Shown here piece by piece: positions 61,970 to 64,000 of a stretch of 64,000 nt of DNA. Source of the DNA: Macrostomum hystrix (Eukaryota > Animalia > Platyhelminthes). Position 1 is the first letter of the stretch, and each line of letters opens with the position of its first letter. The DNA is taken from positions 12,090,001-12,154,000 of the forward strand of contig CATNEN010000007.1 in NCBI GenBank assembly GCA_950097015.1, given 5' to 3'. A program made the translations under genes and the position numbers. The notes under the pieces are model-generated. The model did not search any database. It was not told where the DNA came from and saw nothing but the letters and a program-made list of their open reading frames with translations.

Positions 61970-62719
61970 AGCCTCTGGCCCTTCAGCCTCGCCGTGCGAA
62001 ATCGGATTTTGCCGTCCTGCCACTATCCGGATCCTCATTTGGGAGAGGCCAGTAGTGAGGGAGTCGCAACAGGCTTTTAATCCGGCATTGGGCCAGGTGA
62101 TTAGGCCTGGCCCGGTGTATGGCGGGCGCAGTCGGTTGGTCTTCTTCGAGTTTCGCTTCTTACGCAGAGCAGGCAGAGTAGCCTTCTGTCTCTTGTTTGG
62201 CGCGTCAGTCATTCTCAGCCCCTGCTAGCCTGTACATGTCCTCAGTACCCCGCCCGTATTGGTGTTTGCTTAGCCGAGTATTTAAATAAAACAAAATTGC
62301 TGACCGCCCGTGCCGTGCCGCCAACCACCGTCAGCATCGGTTCTCTGGCTGATCATTTCAAACTTGCTAGAGCTGGCGGGCTTCATAAGAATTTGGGCAT
62401 CCCGTATCGGCTGGAAGATCCTAGGCCCATCCTGGCTCATGGCTCAAGAGCTTGTTAAAAATCCTCTTCTGTGGATAGAGACCGGTAGTCGTTTTTATGG
62501 GATATTTGGGATCTGGCGCGCTCTTTGATAGCATGCGGGCATAAAACCATGCGAAGCTGTTTCATAGGCGCTTTTACGGCCCTAGACAAGACTTTCAGCA
62601 TTCTACGAGCCTATTGTAATTTATCTGTGTGGAAGTAAAATCCCACACAAGCTACACTGGATCAAATATACTCCAGTATAGGCTGACTTGCACAAGCGCA
62701 CTGAGTTGCTACCCCCACC

Positions 62720-62842
62720 AACAGATTTATCTCAATCCCCAGCAGATTCAGTTCAATCCCAGCAGATTCAGTTCAATCCCCATCAGATTCAGTTCAATCC
62801 CAGCAGATTCAGTTCAATCCCAGCAGATTCAGTTCAATCCCC
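62720..62842. repeat. 20-21-bp minisatellite just 5' of the DMAP1 upstream acceptor
   Basis: (CAGCAGATTCAGTTCAATCC)n. Confidence 0.9.
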
Positions 62843-62891
62843 TTCAGGTACGAATCCGCTCCCTTGCAGCCAGCCATCTCTCATCGCCCCA

Positions 62892-64000
62892 ATGGCCTCA
62901 TCCAATGACGTCAAGGACATCCTGGGCGGTCGCGACGCCGCGCCCCCTGAGTCGCCCATCACCCGTGACGTCCTGCTGTCCCGGGCGATGCCGCCGCCAT
63001 CGTCTGGTGGTCGAGGTGGCTCAACCACCAAGCCGGTAGGCCGGCAGCCGCAATTGAAGCGGCCCAAGGGCATGGCTCGCGAGCTGTGGAGCCTGATCAG
63101 CGCTGATTCGGACACCAACACGCTTGTGCCCACCGACACCGCCTACAAGCAGCCGCGGGCCCGCTTGGGTCCCGCCCGCGTCCGCCACTGGTGCTGGACG
63201 GCCTTCCGCAACCCGGCCCGCTCCGACCAGCTGGAGCTGCGGCACTGGCGCCGCGAGTGCGACCCGCCCGGAGACTACAGCTTCGCCAAGTTCAACAAGC
63301 TGCCAGACGTGCCCGACTGCACCGAGGAGCAGCTGACCGCGCACGGCCAGCCCGGCTGGACTGAGGCCGAGACCGCCCACCTGCTTGACATGCTGCGAAG
63401 GTAAGTCACGTGACTCACCAGTACACTAACTAGTTTGTCTGCATACTGTGTTCACCTGTCCCCTCTCCAGGTACCACATGCGCTTCGTGATCGTGCTGGA
63501 CCGCTGGGACTCCGAGCAATTCGGCCACCGCAGCCTGGAGGACCTGAAGGAGCGCTTCTACGGCCTGAGCCAGGCGCTGGAGGCGCAGCGGGCCGCCGCA
63601 GCCGGCAAGCCCCCACCTCGGCCGAACTTTGTCTACGACGCCGAACACGAGAGGCGGCGCCGCGAGCAGCTGGGCCTACTGCTGGCCCGCACCAAGGAGG
63701 AGGCGCTCGAGGAGGAGCGGCTGCGCCATGAGCTGGTCCGCATCGAGCAACGCCGGCAGGACCGAGAGAAGAAAACTGTGCACCTGCAGCGGCTTATCTC
63801 ACAGGTGCTGGTTCTGGTATTCTGTTGATTCAGAGTGCAAGCATTGCCGGTCTGTTCTTGGTGTCTGAAGCAGCAATGCCATAATAAGCAGAAGTCGGTG
63901 CCTATTATAATCCTAAATTAATCCGCTCACCTGGCCGTTCTCATCCCCCACCTGAATTCCAGGCTGACGCGGCCTCAGCGTCGCGACGCGCGGAGACTCC
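62892..64000 (+). CDS. DMAP1: DNA methyltransferase 1-associated protein 1 (SWC4/EAF2), 5' part, runs off window
   Basis: Exons 62892-63400, 63471-63804, 63963 onward. Motifs DVKDILG, KRPKGMARELWSL, FRNPARSD..LRHWRR, YSFAKFNK, SANT domain (WTEAETAHL..RFVIVLDRW..RSLEDLKERFY), YDAEHERRRREQL. Confidence 0.93.

Overview
Eukaryotic (animal) genomic DNA with GC-rich exons, GT-AG introns and a different minisatellite in most introns. This style suggests a free-living flatworm such as Macrostomum, which is an inference only. Host genes reconstructed by hand: a 12-exon AMPA/kainate-type ionotropic glutamate receptor (-), an intronless vertebrate-type N-acetylglutamate synthase (-), PICALM/AP180 (+), a C16orf89/UPF0764-like secreted protein (+), MOB2 (-), the mRNA capping enzyme RNGTT (+) and the 5' part of DMAP1 (+). 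Mobile DNA: (i) an ~8.3 kb foldback-like inverted repeat built from 177-bp satellite arms, enclosing a truncated Ty3/Gypsy element (LTR, tRNA-His PBS and gag only); (ii) a CORE-type tRNA-SINE; (iii) a Polinton-type DNA polymerase B relic; (iv) a full-length Ingi/I-group LINE (APE-RT-RNase H-zinc knuckle) lying in a CAG microsatellite. The most striking observation is the LINE 5' end. A compact HDV-like ribozyme fold begins exactly at the element boundary. It overlaps an AUG-less reading frame that encodes a ubiquitin C-terminal remnant (..DSELLQVLRLRGG), then a basic NLS-like patch, then an endonuclease with a ~120-aa Cys-containing insertion. All exon and structure calls were made by eye, without alignments or database searches.
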